The position numbers were made by a program, and so were the translations under genes. From Haliotis rubra (lineage: Eukaryota): a stretch of 64,000 bases of DNA. A model generated the notes under the pieces. That model worked only from the letters and a program-made list of their open reading frames with translations. It ran no database searches and was not told where the DNA came from. The first letter of the stretch is position 1; every line of letters starts with the position of its first letter. Positions 12,813 to 26,000 of this stretch are shown in pieces. The stretch is from positions 992,001 to 1,056,000 of the forward strand of contig NW_025766976.1 in assembly GCF_003918875.1 (NCBI RefSeq), read 5' to 3'.

Positions 12813-15800
12813 GCACACAACAGCTGGGGGTTCGGATATATTGGGGTATGGGATAGAGGGAGGAGGAGGTTATAGTTAACGCCACGTCACCAGTTGTATT
12901 TTGATTGGGACAAATACATAATTATCCTTTTACTTCTTTGCCAAATAATGAAAACAAAACAAAATGTACTCGTACTTGAATCTATAACAGTTTGTGCAGT
13001 TCTCTGTATTCCGACACTCCCATCCCCCCATTACATTTACCATGTCAGCTGTCCAATACTACAGACCATATGCGAAGGTAACACCCATATATCTTTCTCA
13101 CATGTACTTTACAGCGATATAATAAATACAATGTACACCCTACACATCTACAGTGACATTTGGAAAATCGAAGTCAAACAGAAACTATTTGAAAAGCGGC
13201 CATGTTTATGCTGATGTAAAAACACGTGACTCTCAGTACCACCTTCTATTTTTTGGCCTACTTCTTCCTTGCTATCATTACGGAAACGTTTCTCCTTAGA
13301 ACGTTCACGGGACGATGGTTAAAGCGTTTGTTCGTCATGTGTACAATGTGTAAAGACCAGTTCAGGTGTGCCTCGCCTTGATATTGCTGGAGTATTGCTT
13401 AATGCGGCGTAAAACCACTCTCACTCCGAAAACAACACTTCCGTCTGGTGTATGTACTCATGCTTAAATCTATAACAGCTTGTGCAGGTCTCTGTTTTAA
13501 TAGTGATTCATAAACGGGGTCGGGGTCGTGCTAATGACACTATTTTTGTCAGAGATATTTTATGATTAGGGAATATTGTAAGGAACGAATAATGAAATAG
13601 GGGGTGATGTAACGGTTCACTGCCATTTAGGGTTGCATTTAGTCTTTTAATGTGAACTAATTGTGTCTGGTTAAGTCGACGAAATGACTACGACGTACGA
13701 AGTGGGTACAATCTGTGCCCATTATTTTTAAATAGTCTTGATAGCAATGAGGTCTTGCTAACTTACTTGTCATACAGTGTATGCATGTATAAAGTTTGTG
13801 AACAGCTGACATTCCCAAGCTGTAGTGATTTGCAAACACCTGACCCGCTGAGGCAGAAACGGAATCCTTCTGTATTGACAATTCCTTCAACAGAATTCAT
13901 TAGACAAACACATACGAAGGAGAGTCTGATGTTAGTCAATATGATGTCAGGAAAAGATGATTATCATCACTTTTGTCGATTTTCTTCACCGACGGAAAAA
14001 AATGTTTAACTAGCAGAAAAAAAAGCACCTTGCTCGATTTAACATTACCTCAATTTGCCCTTGTATGGAAACTTGTATGGGTAACATAATAGGTTGATGT
14101 TTTTTAATAAAATGTCTGGGTGGCATGCAATAGGTGCCTGCTTATCTATGCACGGTGTGTGATGGCGGTGGTACCGTTGGTCAGTTGGTCTCTTGTACTG
14201 ACGTTATGCATTGTGTCGAACATATCAGTTCATGGTCGAGTGTGTGAGGACGGTTTGCTTTTATTTCTATTTTATTTTCAAGATGAATTTGGGTGGAGGG
14301 GTCGGGGGTTTGGGGTTACAGGTTGGGGGATTCGGTGAGAAAAGTAATTCAGAGTTATGCCATGGCGAAGTATTTTCACAAGGGGGAAATGGAGAAATGA
14401 AACGAATGTTTGTTTTTGTGACAAAACTCACTGGTACGTAAACCGGAATTTTGGATGCTGCACAGCAAAGAAGTACCACCACATCCTGCATCGCAAAATA
14501 TAATCAACGTGATTCACTAGAAGATGACAAACCAATTATGTTTGATATGTCAGTGAGTGCATTATGAATTGTTCCTCCAATCCCTGGTTAAACCTCGCCC
14601 ATTGGTGTGAATGTATTTGAAGTACAACTGCTGCCGCCAGACAGGTGCCAGGTGTCATTATCAGTTGTGCCATATTACCAGAGCAAAGTGGCAATATCTG
14701 ATAGAAGCACAGCAGAGTGGCAATATCTGCGATCAGCACAGATGATTGGCAGCTTCTGATATTACAATTTTCAGAGTGACAACGTCTGATGCATCAAATT
14801 CCGTACATCCCAGTAATGATTGATGATGACAACCAGTTGCCTACACTCTTGAATTCAAATGTGTATAGTTTAGGATAAGGAATATTCACCTTTAAGTGTT
14901 GAAAATTAAACTTCCGACATAATTCAGACATAATTCTCCTCCCTGTATATTTATCCTTCTTCGAATATTATGAATTTTTTGTGTGTGTCTTTCAATTGTT
15001 TACAAATAATATTCACAATTGTCTCATAGTTTTGTCGATATATCACTTTGGACTACACTACAGTGATTCACATTTTCATCACGTTACATACCTGTGTTAT
15101 CAATTAGTACATTTTAGATCGTAAAATCATACATTTACGTATTTTGTTCTTTCATACACAATCTTGGAACAGGGTGTATTTTGACTCAAAAGGTGGAGGA
15201 GGTCACGAGCCACTCTGAAGCACTTTTGTGGTGTCTTGAAACATATTTTTGGGGGTCATAAATGTGTCATCCCGCATGCCTAATGAAAGGTCTATTCATA
15301 AGTTTTAAAATATATAATTTGCCCTTTCCTGATATATACATATCTCGCATTTACATTTTATGTCATAATGTGATTTTCTCTGAGTGTATGTCAGTTGAAA
15401 CCGTTTCTATTTCAATAAGTGGTGGTTGCCCCTTGAACTAATGGCAACCATATATATGTCATACCTTGGTGGTATTAAGAGGGGATCAAATGGAACTGTG
15501 GTTAGGCTCGGTGACATGATAGTTTGTTATCTCAAAGCATGGCCCAATCATCATAATATCAATCACTGGTTTCTCTTGTCCAAACGCAGATATTTACCGC
15601 CTGTCGGAAAATTCTGGAACACAGTGAACAACCATAAAGAACTATCTTAATAACATGCTTGTTCTTATAATACAGATTGTATTCCTAAAAACCACAGATG
15701 CGTGTGCAGTAAATCTCCATTGTGTCGAGCTGTAATGTGTCAAACTGACGGTTGTCTCGAAGTAAAAGCATCCCTGTGTATTCCTTATTTCATCATTTTC

Positions 15801-16911
15801 TGTTGGAATCGAACTTCGAATAACTAAGTATAAGTATTTTAAGTATTTACATGTCCCTTCAGCTTCGACACACCGATGTTTGATTGTATGTATTTCTGAT
15901 AATCTTGTTTAAATGATAATTAAGTTGTGGATAATTCTCTGCAATATCTTAATGATGCTTCAATGCATCTAGTTGTTTCTATTGCACACGTAATTGTGTA
16001 AAATAAATGCTCAATTATCAGGGCGTTGGGGAGTAGGCCTGTTAACAGCTGTTGAAGTATCGACACTACGTAGTGTGAGTCACACAACCCTTTGTGAAAG
16101 TTATTGATGACTGGTATTACTGTATGTACAATAAAACTATACTAAAGGCAACTAGATTTTCAATCAATCTCTTCTTAGGTGTGTCAAGTATGATTGTAAA
16201 CTGTGTTACGCGAATTGTCGATCAATAGCACAACATGTGCGGTCCGCATGTTCACGTAGATGGAATAAGCAAATGTACTGGGGATGAATTATAGTGGACT
16301 ATTACAACAAGTTTATGTTTATTTCGCATATTGTTACCACATACTTTATTACAAAGCCAATCATAGTGACAGTAAGGGCGTGTTGTTTAAGCGTACCATC
16401 ATTATTACTTATTAATCTGAATGGCTTGCTACCATTTAAAAAAATAATACCCAAATGTAAAAAAATTCGGATAATTTTTACGACTATATAATTACAAGCA
16501 TCATACAATTTATAGAAACCCATCTAAATAAGGTATAACCATTCCATATAATTACAAGCATCTCACGTTTAGCCAACATCAAAGGCAAAGTCTGAGCTTT
16601 GAGGATTCATTGACTTACTGTTGCATTATTGTTGGTACATGAACTGCCGGTCTAAAGAAAGTATACATCTTGGTTACAAGGTTGCTTAGAACAGCAACAT
16701 TTAATAATCGATGGTGAAAATGAACAACAAGAATAGGTTGTTCGATGGTGGTGAATTTGATGCGAATATCAGTGGTGTGTGTTGGACCTTAAAATTGCAG
16801 CGTTTCGACGACTGTTTTAACTCGAACGTTTTGATAACGTTTGTAATTGTTTTGGTGAAATCCCATTTTTTATACGTGTATATTCCTTCGCACAGCAGTT
16901 TATATAATCTT

Positions 16912-17018
16912 GGGTCCCGATCCACAAAATGTTCGTAGCGCACAACATTCGTAAGCCTATTATAAAATCTAGAGTTACGATAGGTCGTAACGTTACGAAC
17001 GGTTCGTCTATCCGGACC
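16912..17018. mobile_element. Palindromic Harbinger-like MITE (degenerate)
   Basis: gggtcc...ggaccc termini, cgtaag/ttacg internal inverted motifs shared with the other copies. Confidence 0.5.
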
Positions 17019-17089
17019 CTGGACGTAAACGTATGTCAGAATTGTCTGTTGAATTGCCCATTGGTGCCGTTAACATGGTGATGTTTAAA

Positions 17090-17360
17090 TTTTCTCTAAT
17101 ATATTAATCACATTATAACACTGAACATAGGATCAGTGAACAACGTACCAACACGTCTACCATGTGTCATCACCCATCCTCTTCGTAAGTATGACACCTT
17201 ATATACACAAAAAATTGATTTCCAATGACACGTCAGCAAAATATCTACAAAATATGCTTCAACGAACAAATTGATTTTTGCAACTTGTGGCCGACATTTG
17301 CGAAGGGCGGAGGTGTGACTTGCGATCGTGTGATCCCTGAACATGATTAATCACATCTCT
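17090..17360 (+). promoter_or_regulatory. Candidate promoter + first exon module 1 of gene A
   Basis: TATATTAA at 17100, Inr-like TCAGT 17133-17137, ATG 17162, donor GTAAGT 17185. Phase is compatible with the acceptor at 19977. Confidence 0.45.
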
Positions 17361-17916
17361 ATTTCCAAACTCCATCCTCACGACCCTCGTTCGCCTCTAT
17401 TTGTTCTTCTCACATGGAACGTGCTTCGCCCAAATCAACACAATTATATTCGATTTTCATTTAAAATATCCAGTTTTTGGCACGATTGACCCTGAGTTAT
17501 TGTGATGCAATGCTTTTTTATTTTGAACATCGATGTTTTGGAATGATGATCAGTTTCAAGGACCAGGCGAAAATTGTTGTAATCTGACAGTGAAACTGGT
17601 GTGGAAATAGTGAATATGATGAACACACAATACCTCATAGAAAGTGGTCGAATGTGGTAATGTCATATATGTTTGGAATTACACTTTCTTGTAACGTTTA
17701 GATTCTGTAACTATTTTGGGTTGAATCCCATCCGGGATTGAACCTACATTGTCAGGGTGAGGCCCCAAATCGCCAGCACAAAGAGTCAGCGATCTAACTC
17801 ACTCAGCCCACGGAGCTTTTTGTTGCCTTGATGTGCAGTACTTGGGTAGCCTTGATATCCGCGGAAAGAGGTCGAATTAATGTCGTGGTCTAGGCGTTTG
17901 TCGGATATCATATACT

Positions 17917-18480
17917 AGGTTCGCCTTGGTGTCCTATACAAGAGGTCGCATTGATGTCTTATACATGAGGTCGTCTTGATGTCCTATACAAGAGGTCGCA
18001 TTGATGTCCTATACAAGCGGTCGCATTGATGTCCTATACATGAGGTCGCATTGATGTCATATACATGAGATGGCATCGATGTCCTTTACAAGAGATCGCA
18101 TTGATGTCCTATACAAGAGGTCGCATTAATGTCCTATACATGAGGTCGCCTTGGTGTCCTATACAAGAGGTCGCATTGATGTCCTATACATGAGGTGGCC
18201 TTGGTGTCCTATACAAGAGGTCGCATTCATGTCCTTTACAAGAGGTCGCATTCATGTCCTATACACGAGGTTCCCTTGGTGTCCTATACAACAGGTCGCA
18301 TTGATGTCCTTTAAAAGAGGTCGCATTAATGTCCTATACAAGAGGTCGCATTAATGTCCTATACATGAAGTCGCCTTGGTGTCCTATATAAGAGGTCGCA
18401 TTGATGTCCTTTACAAGAGGTCGCATTTATGTCCTATACCTGGGGTCGCATTGAGGTCCTATACATGAGGTCGCATTGAC
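17917..18480. repeat. 25-bp minisatellite, about 22 copies
   Basis: Unit ttgatgtcctatacaagaggtcgca. Confidence 0.95.
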
Positions 18481-18810
18481 CCTTTGAGTTTTGGAGAATC
18501 CACATGGTGTTATTCCCCTCGTCTCAGATACTTTCTGTGTGAATATTGACATAGTCCTTCTTTGATAATATTCAGGATTATGATTAATATTTGAGACAGG
18601 GCTTTGGTGGTGCATTTACTGGACCCAGTAATGTATCTCTCTTTGTACGGATTTTGCTGATTATTGTCATGATGTACTGTTCTAGGATCGCCATAAGGTC
18701 ATGTACTCGGGCTCGGCAATTGTCCAGTTTCATTTCCCCGTTAACGTACTTTGTGTTTACATTGGAATCTCTGTATATTCAACAACGGTTGTGTATCGGA
18801 TACTGACACA

Positions 18811-19080
18811 TTTTCTCCAATATATTAATCACATGTAACAGTGATCATTGGAGCAGTGAACAACATACCAACACGTCTATCATTTGTCCTCAGCCATCCT
18901 CTTCGTAGGTAGGACATCTGATGCACAAACAATTTGATTTTCAAGGACACTTGAACAAAATATCTTACAAAATATGCTTTAACGTACAAACTGATTTTTG
19001 CAACTTATGTCCCAACATTTGCAAAGGGAAGAGGTGTGACTCACGATCGTGTGATTCCTGAATATCATTAATCACACACA
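18811..19080 (+). promoter_or_regulatory. Candidate promoter + first exon module 2 of gene A (diverged direct copy of 17090-17360)
   Basis: TATATTAA at 18821, GCAGT 18853-18857, donor GTAGGT 18905; ATG replaced by ATT. Confidence 0.4.
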
Positions 19081-19996
19081 TTGATTTCAACCTGTTCGCT
19101 AGATCCGGGATGCATAATGTATTCATTTTGTCAGTTGCTAATCGTATTTAACATGAACTTTGTTGATAGGCTACTTTAAGGCGTCGTTCGCTGCACAGTG
19201 TAAACGTTTTGTATAATCTCGGTTGTGTCATGTCACACAGCTAAATCTTAAAAATATCTCTGTTTCTAAAAGGGTTTGCGTAAGGTTTTCAATTATATTT
19301 ACGTCAAGGGTCTTTTTGAATTAGAATATAAAGTATTATCTACTCAGGAATACAGTTTAATCCAGAATTAACCATCTTTCTGCTTAAGTTTTCTGACAAT
19401 ATAAAAAAGATATGTTTTGGGATTGTTCTATTCTTTCTCAAACCAAATCCACTTACTGTGCATGTGTGTTTGTTAAGTTTGGGTATGAACTTGTTGGGAA
19501 TGCGACGCTATCAAACAAAACTTTTTCTTTTCATTATTTAACAATTAACAGGTTCATTCGGGAAACTATCCGCGCTGTTCTTACAAGGAATTTTACAAAA
19601 TATTTGTTATTTTCATGGCCATGTGTTTTTTCGAAGCAGAATTTAACTTCAATGCCATGTGCCAGAATAATTTCCACAGCGCATGTTTCCCGGGTTGAAG
19701 GTGTACCTGCAAGCAGCATGACTAAATTCAACTAATTAAACTTATCCGTCTACTTTACGGTCGAAGTATTGACTATAAAGTATTTGAATGTCGTGAAAAT
19801 AAGTTAAATTCTGGTCATTAAAGAAGCTGTAAATATCTGATAACTAAGGGGGAGAGGGGGAGAGGGAAATTCCTATAGTTACTATTAAACTAGCACCTTA
19901 GCAATTGGCTCATGAACATTCCACGAACATTTTTCTTGTTTGACATTAAACATGATTCATTAACTGTTTCATTACAGGACTCGTACATCCGCTGTG

Positions 19997-20066
19997 ATGT
20001 CGTTGATGTCTACACAGCACAATGTGCTGCTGACGGTGGCAATAATCGTCACTCTGTCTGCTATAG
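19997..20066 (+). CDS. Gene A exon 1, signal peptide MSLMSTQHNVLLTVAIIVTLSAI
   Basis: ATG 19997, hydrophobic core, donor GTATGT at 20067 (phase 1). An upstream acceptor tttcattacAG ending 19977 implies an earlier exon. Confidence 0.8.
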
Positions 20067-23000
20067 GTATGTGCTGCGTCTGCTGCAATGTTAATGTGAA
20101 TATGAATGTGTGTGCGCGCACGCGCGCGTGTGTGTGTGTATGTGTGTGCGTGTGCGCGCGCGCCTCTGGATTTAAATAGTGCCACCGCGGACCCAATGAG
20201 ATACCATGCATATCAAGAATACCTCCTGATTCCTTATGTATCTTTATCACAATTCCGGACGGTGTTAGAATAACACTTTCCATGTCTATCCGAGTCCTTG
20301 TGTTGACACCACGGTGGATCGACAGTGTAACATTCCTTGGCTAAGTCAGAAACACAAGATGCAGGGTTCAAATCCCGGGTCTCTCCGATCATGCTGCTAG
20401 GTGTGTCAGCACCACATCCGTGGGTTGAACCAAAGTTGTGAACGCCTGTCATCGGCATCATTTCTGGCTTTCTTCCCACTGTAAGCTGCCACTTCGTCAA
20501 AGAACACTTGAGTTTAGTTTTACGCCGCTTTTTAGCAATATTCGCGCAATATCACGGCGGCGGACACCAGAAATGGGCTACACGCATGGCATCCATATTG
20601 GCAATCAAACCAAGGTCTTCGTCCTGACGAGCAATAGCTTTAACTACTAGGCTACTCCACCACCCTTTAAACATTGTATTGGTTTGCATGTTGTTTAACG
20701 CCGCACTCAGCAATATTCCAGCAATATGGCGTCGGTCTGTAAATAATCGAGTCTGGACCAGACAAGCCAGTGATCAACAGCATATGGCCATCTGTCTACG
20801 CAGTTGGGTTACGATGGCAGGTGTCAACCACCCGATCCCGTTAGTCGCCTCTTACGACTAGCATGGGTTACTGAAGGCCAATTCTAAGCCGGATCTTCAC
20901 GGGGTCCTCTTAAAGAACAAGTAATGATCTGATGAAACTCATGTGGACATTTTTTCTCCCCTACTTGTTTCTATAAAGATCTATTTTATCTAGCCACTGC
21001 ATCCTTTGACTGCCGTCGGAAAGGACAAGAGTGTTTCAACAGCGGCACCTGCCAGCCCAACGGAACCTGCAGCTGCACGGCTGACTACGATGGCTACAAC
21101 TGCCGTATTCAGAATAGTAGGTTACCGTTAACTATAGTTTTAACCATTCATACGGACCATTGACATTTATATCACAGTTTAGGAATATAGTGCCATATAC
21201 AATATACGAGAAACATTTTAGGCAACAGCTGTGGTTTGTTTCTTGGTTGTCTAACGCTGCACTCAGAAATATTCCAGCTATATGGCAGCGGTCTGTAAAT
21301 AATTGAGTCTGGACCAGACAATCTGGTGATCAATAGCATGAGAATCGATCTACGCAACTAAGATACGATGACATGTGTCAACCACGTCAGCGAGCCTGAC
21401 CACCCGATCCCGTTAGTCACCCCTTACGACAAACATGTTGCTGAAGATCAACGGGTCAACAGTTGGAATTGTTTTGATGTTTTTTATTTTGTTTCGTTCA
21501 AATTACGTCTTCGTAAGTTCGTAAGTTCGTAAGTTCAGGAATTCCTTTGGTTCTTCTGTTGGAGGGACAGTTATTTTAGATTGTTCTATTACTTGTGTAT
21601 AATATATGGTTGAAATATTTACAGGTGGTCGCGCAGCCAACAGCTGCAAACCCGCATGTCTCAACTCCGGTGTTTGTGCCAACAACACCTGTTTCTGTAT
21701 GGAGAATTACTATGGAGCTAATTGCAACAACAAGAGAGGTAGGTAGAAAAAGTGTATTTTGTATTACGTCTATAAAACAATTAAGGTGCACTTATTGTAT
21801 GGAGTTTTAGATGATAAATGTAGACTGCGTATTGTTTTTCAGCCATACATGCAAATCAATCGGTTTGTCCAAATTCAAACCATGAACTTATTGTTTTCAT
21901 GAAAATAAACAAGACGTCTCTTTATACGTTTTTGGCGGTACAAAATTGCTTCCTATTTACAACAGTTTGCATCATATTTACCTGTTTCAAGTGTTTCGTT
22001 TAGATTAAAATCTCCCCAAACCACCCATCCTGACCTTTACTTACACTTAAAATGACGATGAAACATGAGAAATAAATCACTTCCACTAATATTCAATCCT
22101 TCAACATCCTTCAATTCAATCCTCTGTTGCATGGGTAAAAGCTATTGAATCTTGTATAGAAGTCCCGTTCGCCACCCTTGTTTGCTTTTATCAGCGTACT
22201 CCAGGGAATGTTGAGGTCTCATTGTACTCCCTGAGACATATCAAGTTTTTCTCATCGTCCTCCGTGAGGCGCTCCCCTTCTCTCTGATCTGCTGGACATA
22301 TCAAGTTTTTCTCATCGTCCTTCTGTGGGGTGCCCCTCCTCTCTCTGATCTGCTGGACATGTCCAGTCTTTCTCATCGTCCTCCGTGAGGCGCCCTCCTT
22401 CTCTCTGATCTGCTGGACATGTCAAGTCTTTCTCATTGTACTCCGTTAGACACCTTCCCTCTCTCTGATCTGCTGGACATGTCAAGTCTTTCTCATTGTA
22501 CACCGTAAGACACCTTCCCTCTCTCTGATCTGCTGGACATGTCAAGTCTTTCTCATTGTACACCGTAAGACACCTACCTTCTCTCTGATCTGCTGGACAT
22601 GTCCAGTCTTTCTCATTGTACACCGTAAGACACCTTCCCTCTCTCTGATCTGCTGGACATGTTCAGTCTTTCTCATTGTACACCGTAAGACGCCTTCCTG
22701 TTCTCTGATGAGATAGACATGTCCATTCTTTCTCATTATATTCCCCTAGAAGCCTCCCCTCTGTCTGATTTGCTACACATGCCCAGTTTTTCTCATTGTA
22801 CTCAGATAGACCATTTCCTCTCTCTGATATGATAGACATGTCCAGTCGTTCCCATTGCACTAAGTAATGCGCCCTCCCTCCCTCTCATCTGCTAGACATG
22901 TCTAATGTTCTATAAAAATTCAGGCACCCACCCTACTCCAACAGTATCTCCACTCCAAATCTTCATAGAAGATTGTAAACCAATAGTGAGTGCTTTCCGC

Positions 23001-26000
23001 AATCTCATTGGTTAATTACCCTTGTCGAATGGAAGAATTATTTGGCTGAATAATAATCTTTAAACTTGGAATATTGTACCAAATTAAATACACGAATGCT
23101 TGAAATTTGCGGAGCAGTTCATTTGTGAATAAACATCATTGAAGGATATTATTTTATGGCTCTTCAATCACTTTACTATTATCTGATCACATATGATTAT
23201 GTGCCATGTGATTGTATACACCATCATCATTGAATAATTCTTCCAAGAATTTGTTGTCTTCAAAGATTGTATCAAAATCCCGGAGAAAGAATTTGAGGTG
23301 GTAATGTTCCTCAATTATGCAAATTCATGCAGCGAAAATAGTACGGTATTAGTGCCAATGTATTAATGTGCGGTTATTAGGCAATCATTTTCAGGTATGT
23401 CGAACAATATTCGACAAGGGTAATTAACCAATGAGATTGCGGAAAGCACTCACTATTGGTTTACAATTTGTTTTGTGTATTATATTGACAGTTATTCATT
23501 TCGAACATGTCCCCCATTAGCTAATAGCGTAACCCTTCTTTTGTCGTTTCTCGTATCTGGGGCGACAGCAAACTTGACCACGAGTGGCTAACCGCATTGC
23601 GACACACGATCGCGCTACATCCAAAGAGCTCTTTGGAAATAGGCTTCTCACTACAAATTGGTTTACAATATCGATAAATAGTTTCGTTTGTTCAATTTCC
23701 GGGATTCACTGGAATTCAACATAGGCACATTTTACCGTTTAAAACCTCCGCCTAACGCCGTCGGTTTTAAACTAAATTTGCCTATGTTGAATTCGAATGA
23801 ATCCCGGAAATTGAACAAACAAAACTATTTATCTTCTAAATATTCAATAGTCAGGACTAAGGCAACAACACGTGCAGCAATTTCGCATACTGTTTATACA
23901 CAAATTGAACTTTGTCTGATTCACTAACTCACTAATTAGGATTCATCAGAACCATTTCATCAGATTTCATGGGAGTATATGCGGAATTTAAAACAAAAAT
24001 TCAGATTCAGCAGGTTCTGACGCACGCCCTATTACACATATCCCCCCTCTGGATCTGACTCTGCTTAACATTGGTCACGGAGAGTACTTGGGTGGGCGAC
24101 CGTGTTTGGCAGCTTGACGGCTGAGAGTTTTTAGGACTTCTGTCCTGCCCCACAACGAAGCACACATGTGGTCTTCACCCAACAAAAAATGGGTACCCGG
24201 TTGGATAAGTCATAAGATTGCTGACCTTCTTGCGCCTCACAGGCAGCTGGGGTAATATTGTCCATCATGTGATGCGCTTAGAGAATGTCCCTTCGTCGTG
24301 GAGCTCTTCTTCTTCTTCTTATTATTATTACTATTATTATCATCTCTGTTGCAGAGGAAATACTATGTTTCGGAGACAGAAAGGCTATCCATATCAACCC
24401 TGAAGGGTTTCAAGGCACGATATACATCGTTGGAAAACGTGGCATGGCAAACTGCACCTTCAAGAATGTTACTGATGTCATCTCATCTATTCCGCAAAAT
24501 GTTACTTGGAGTGAAGGTTTGGCGATTGTGATCCCTGACAATAGTACGGAGTGTGGAAATATCGCGGAAAGAACGGAAGTGAGTGCAGTGGATTAGTTAA
24601 ATAATGTAAAATATTTCCTGATGGGTTGGACATGCCAACAGGTTTATGATTCTCGAAGTTAAAGTTTCAATTTGTTTGTGAGTGAGTGAGTGAGTTAGTT
24701 TTGCACCTCACTCAGCAATATTCCAGCTATATGGTGGCAGTCTGTAAATAATCGAATCTAGACCAGACAATCCATACGCAGTTGGGATACTATGACATGT
24801 GTCAACCAAATCAGCGAGCCTGACCACCCGATCCCGTTAGTCGCCTCTTAGACAAGCATGGGTTACTGAAGATCAATTCTAACCCGTTTATTCACGGCTT
24901 CATTTTGTCTGTGGTTGAACGCCGCACCCAGTAATATTCCAGCTACATAAGAAAGGTCTGTAGATAACCGAATCTGGACCAGACAAGCCAGTGATTGTTG
25001 TCATGAGCATTAATGCACGCTTTTGGATGTGTAGCGTTGTCTGGGTACTCCATAAACACAGATATGTTGATCAAATGTGTACGGCCGACTCGAAAACGGT
25101 TACATCACAAGGGGGATAACTCCGGCCATTTCAGGATAAAACTATAACATGCTCCAAGTAACCGTCCTTATGTTGAGAGATTTAACGCGCGTTTCCCTAT
25201 ATAGCGGGTACCTTGTATACGGTCTAAGAAACCCAACCTGACCACCTAATCCCTTGGGGTGATTGAGTGAGTGAGTTTGGTTTTATGCCGATTTTAGCAA
25301 TATTCCAGCAATATCACAGCGGAGGATACATTGTTCCCATGTGGGGAATCGAACCTGGGTCTTCGGCGTGTTATTGCTGGAATATTGCTAAATGGGCCGT
25401 AGAACCACATGGGTTCAAATCACTGTTCGGACAATAACTTTTGAAAATATAAATCTAGGCTTTTGTAATCATTTATTGTTTTTATATGTTATAATTAAAT
25501 ACATTTCAAATTGAACAAAATCGGCGAAGAAATACTCATTACATAAATACACAAGGGGTAAAACCTTCTTTTTGAGTAAAACGTAAGGTTTGATTGAACC
25601 GCACGTTAAAATGGTCGTTCATTTTCGAGCAGGTTTTGAGCATCGCCATATTTGAATCTTACAGGGCACAACTTTGATTGAAGAGCGTTTTGCCAGCATC
25701 GAGTATGAACCACTAATTGTAACCACCCTTGATGAAAGACTTGCCGCAATGTGTAAATTCGACAACAGCACGAACCGCACACTTTACGGGGATGTGGTGA
25801 GCTCCAGTGTGACCAAGTAAGCACATTTATTGGTATCTAAGACGTGTATGTCCATGCATTTACTTTTTAGCGAATATATGTATATGTGTGTGAAACAAAA
25901 AAAATTTAGCGAATTATATATGTGTGTGAAACAAAATTACTTCAATGTCAAAATTATTTTATTTTTTAAAATGTTAAGAATCGTCTATTACCAGGGGCAA

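Noticed and set aside
22191-22860. ORFs with CPADQREG repeats
   Set aside because: Antisense translation of the 60-bp intronic minisatellite; frames shift between units
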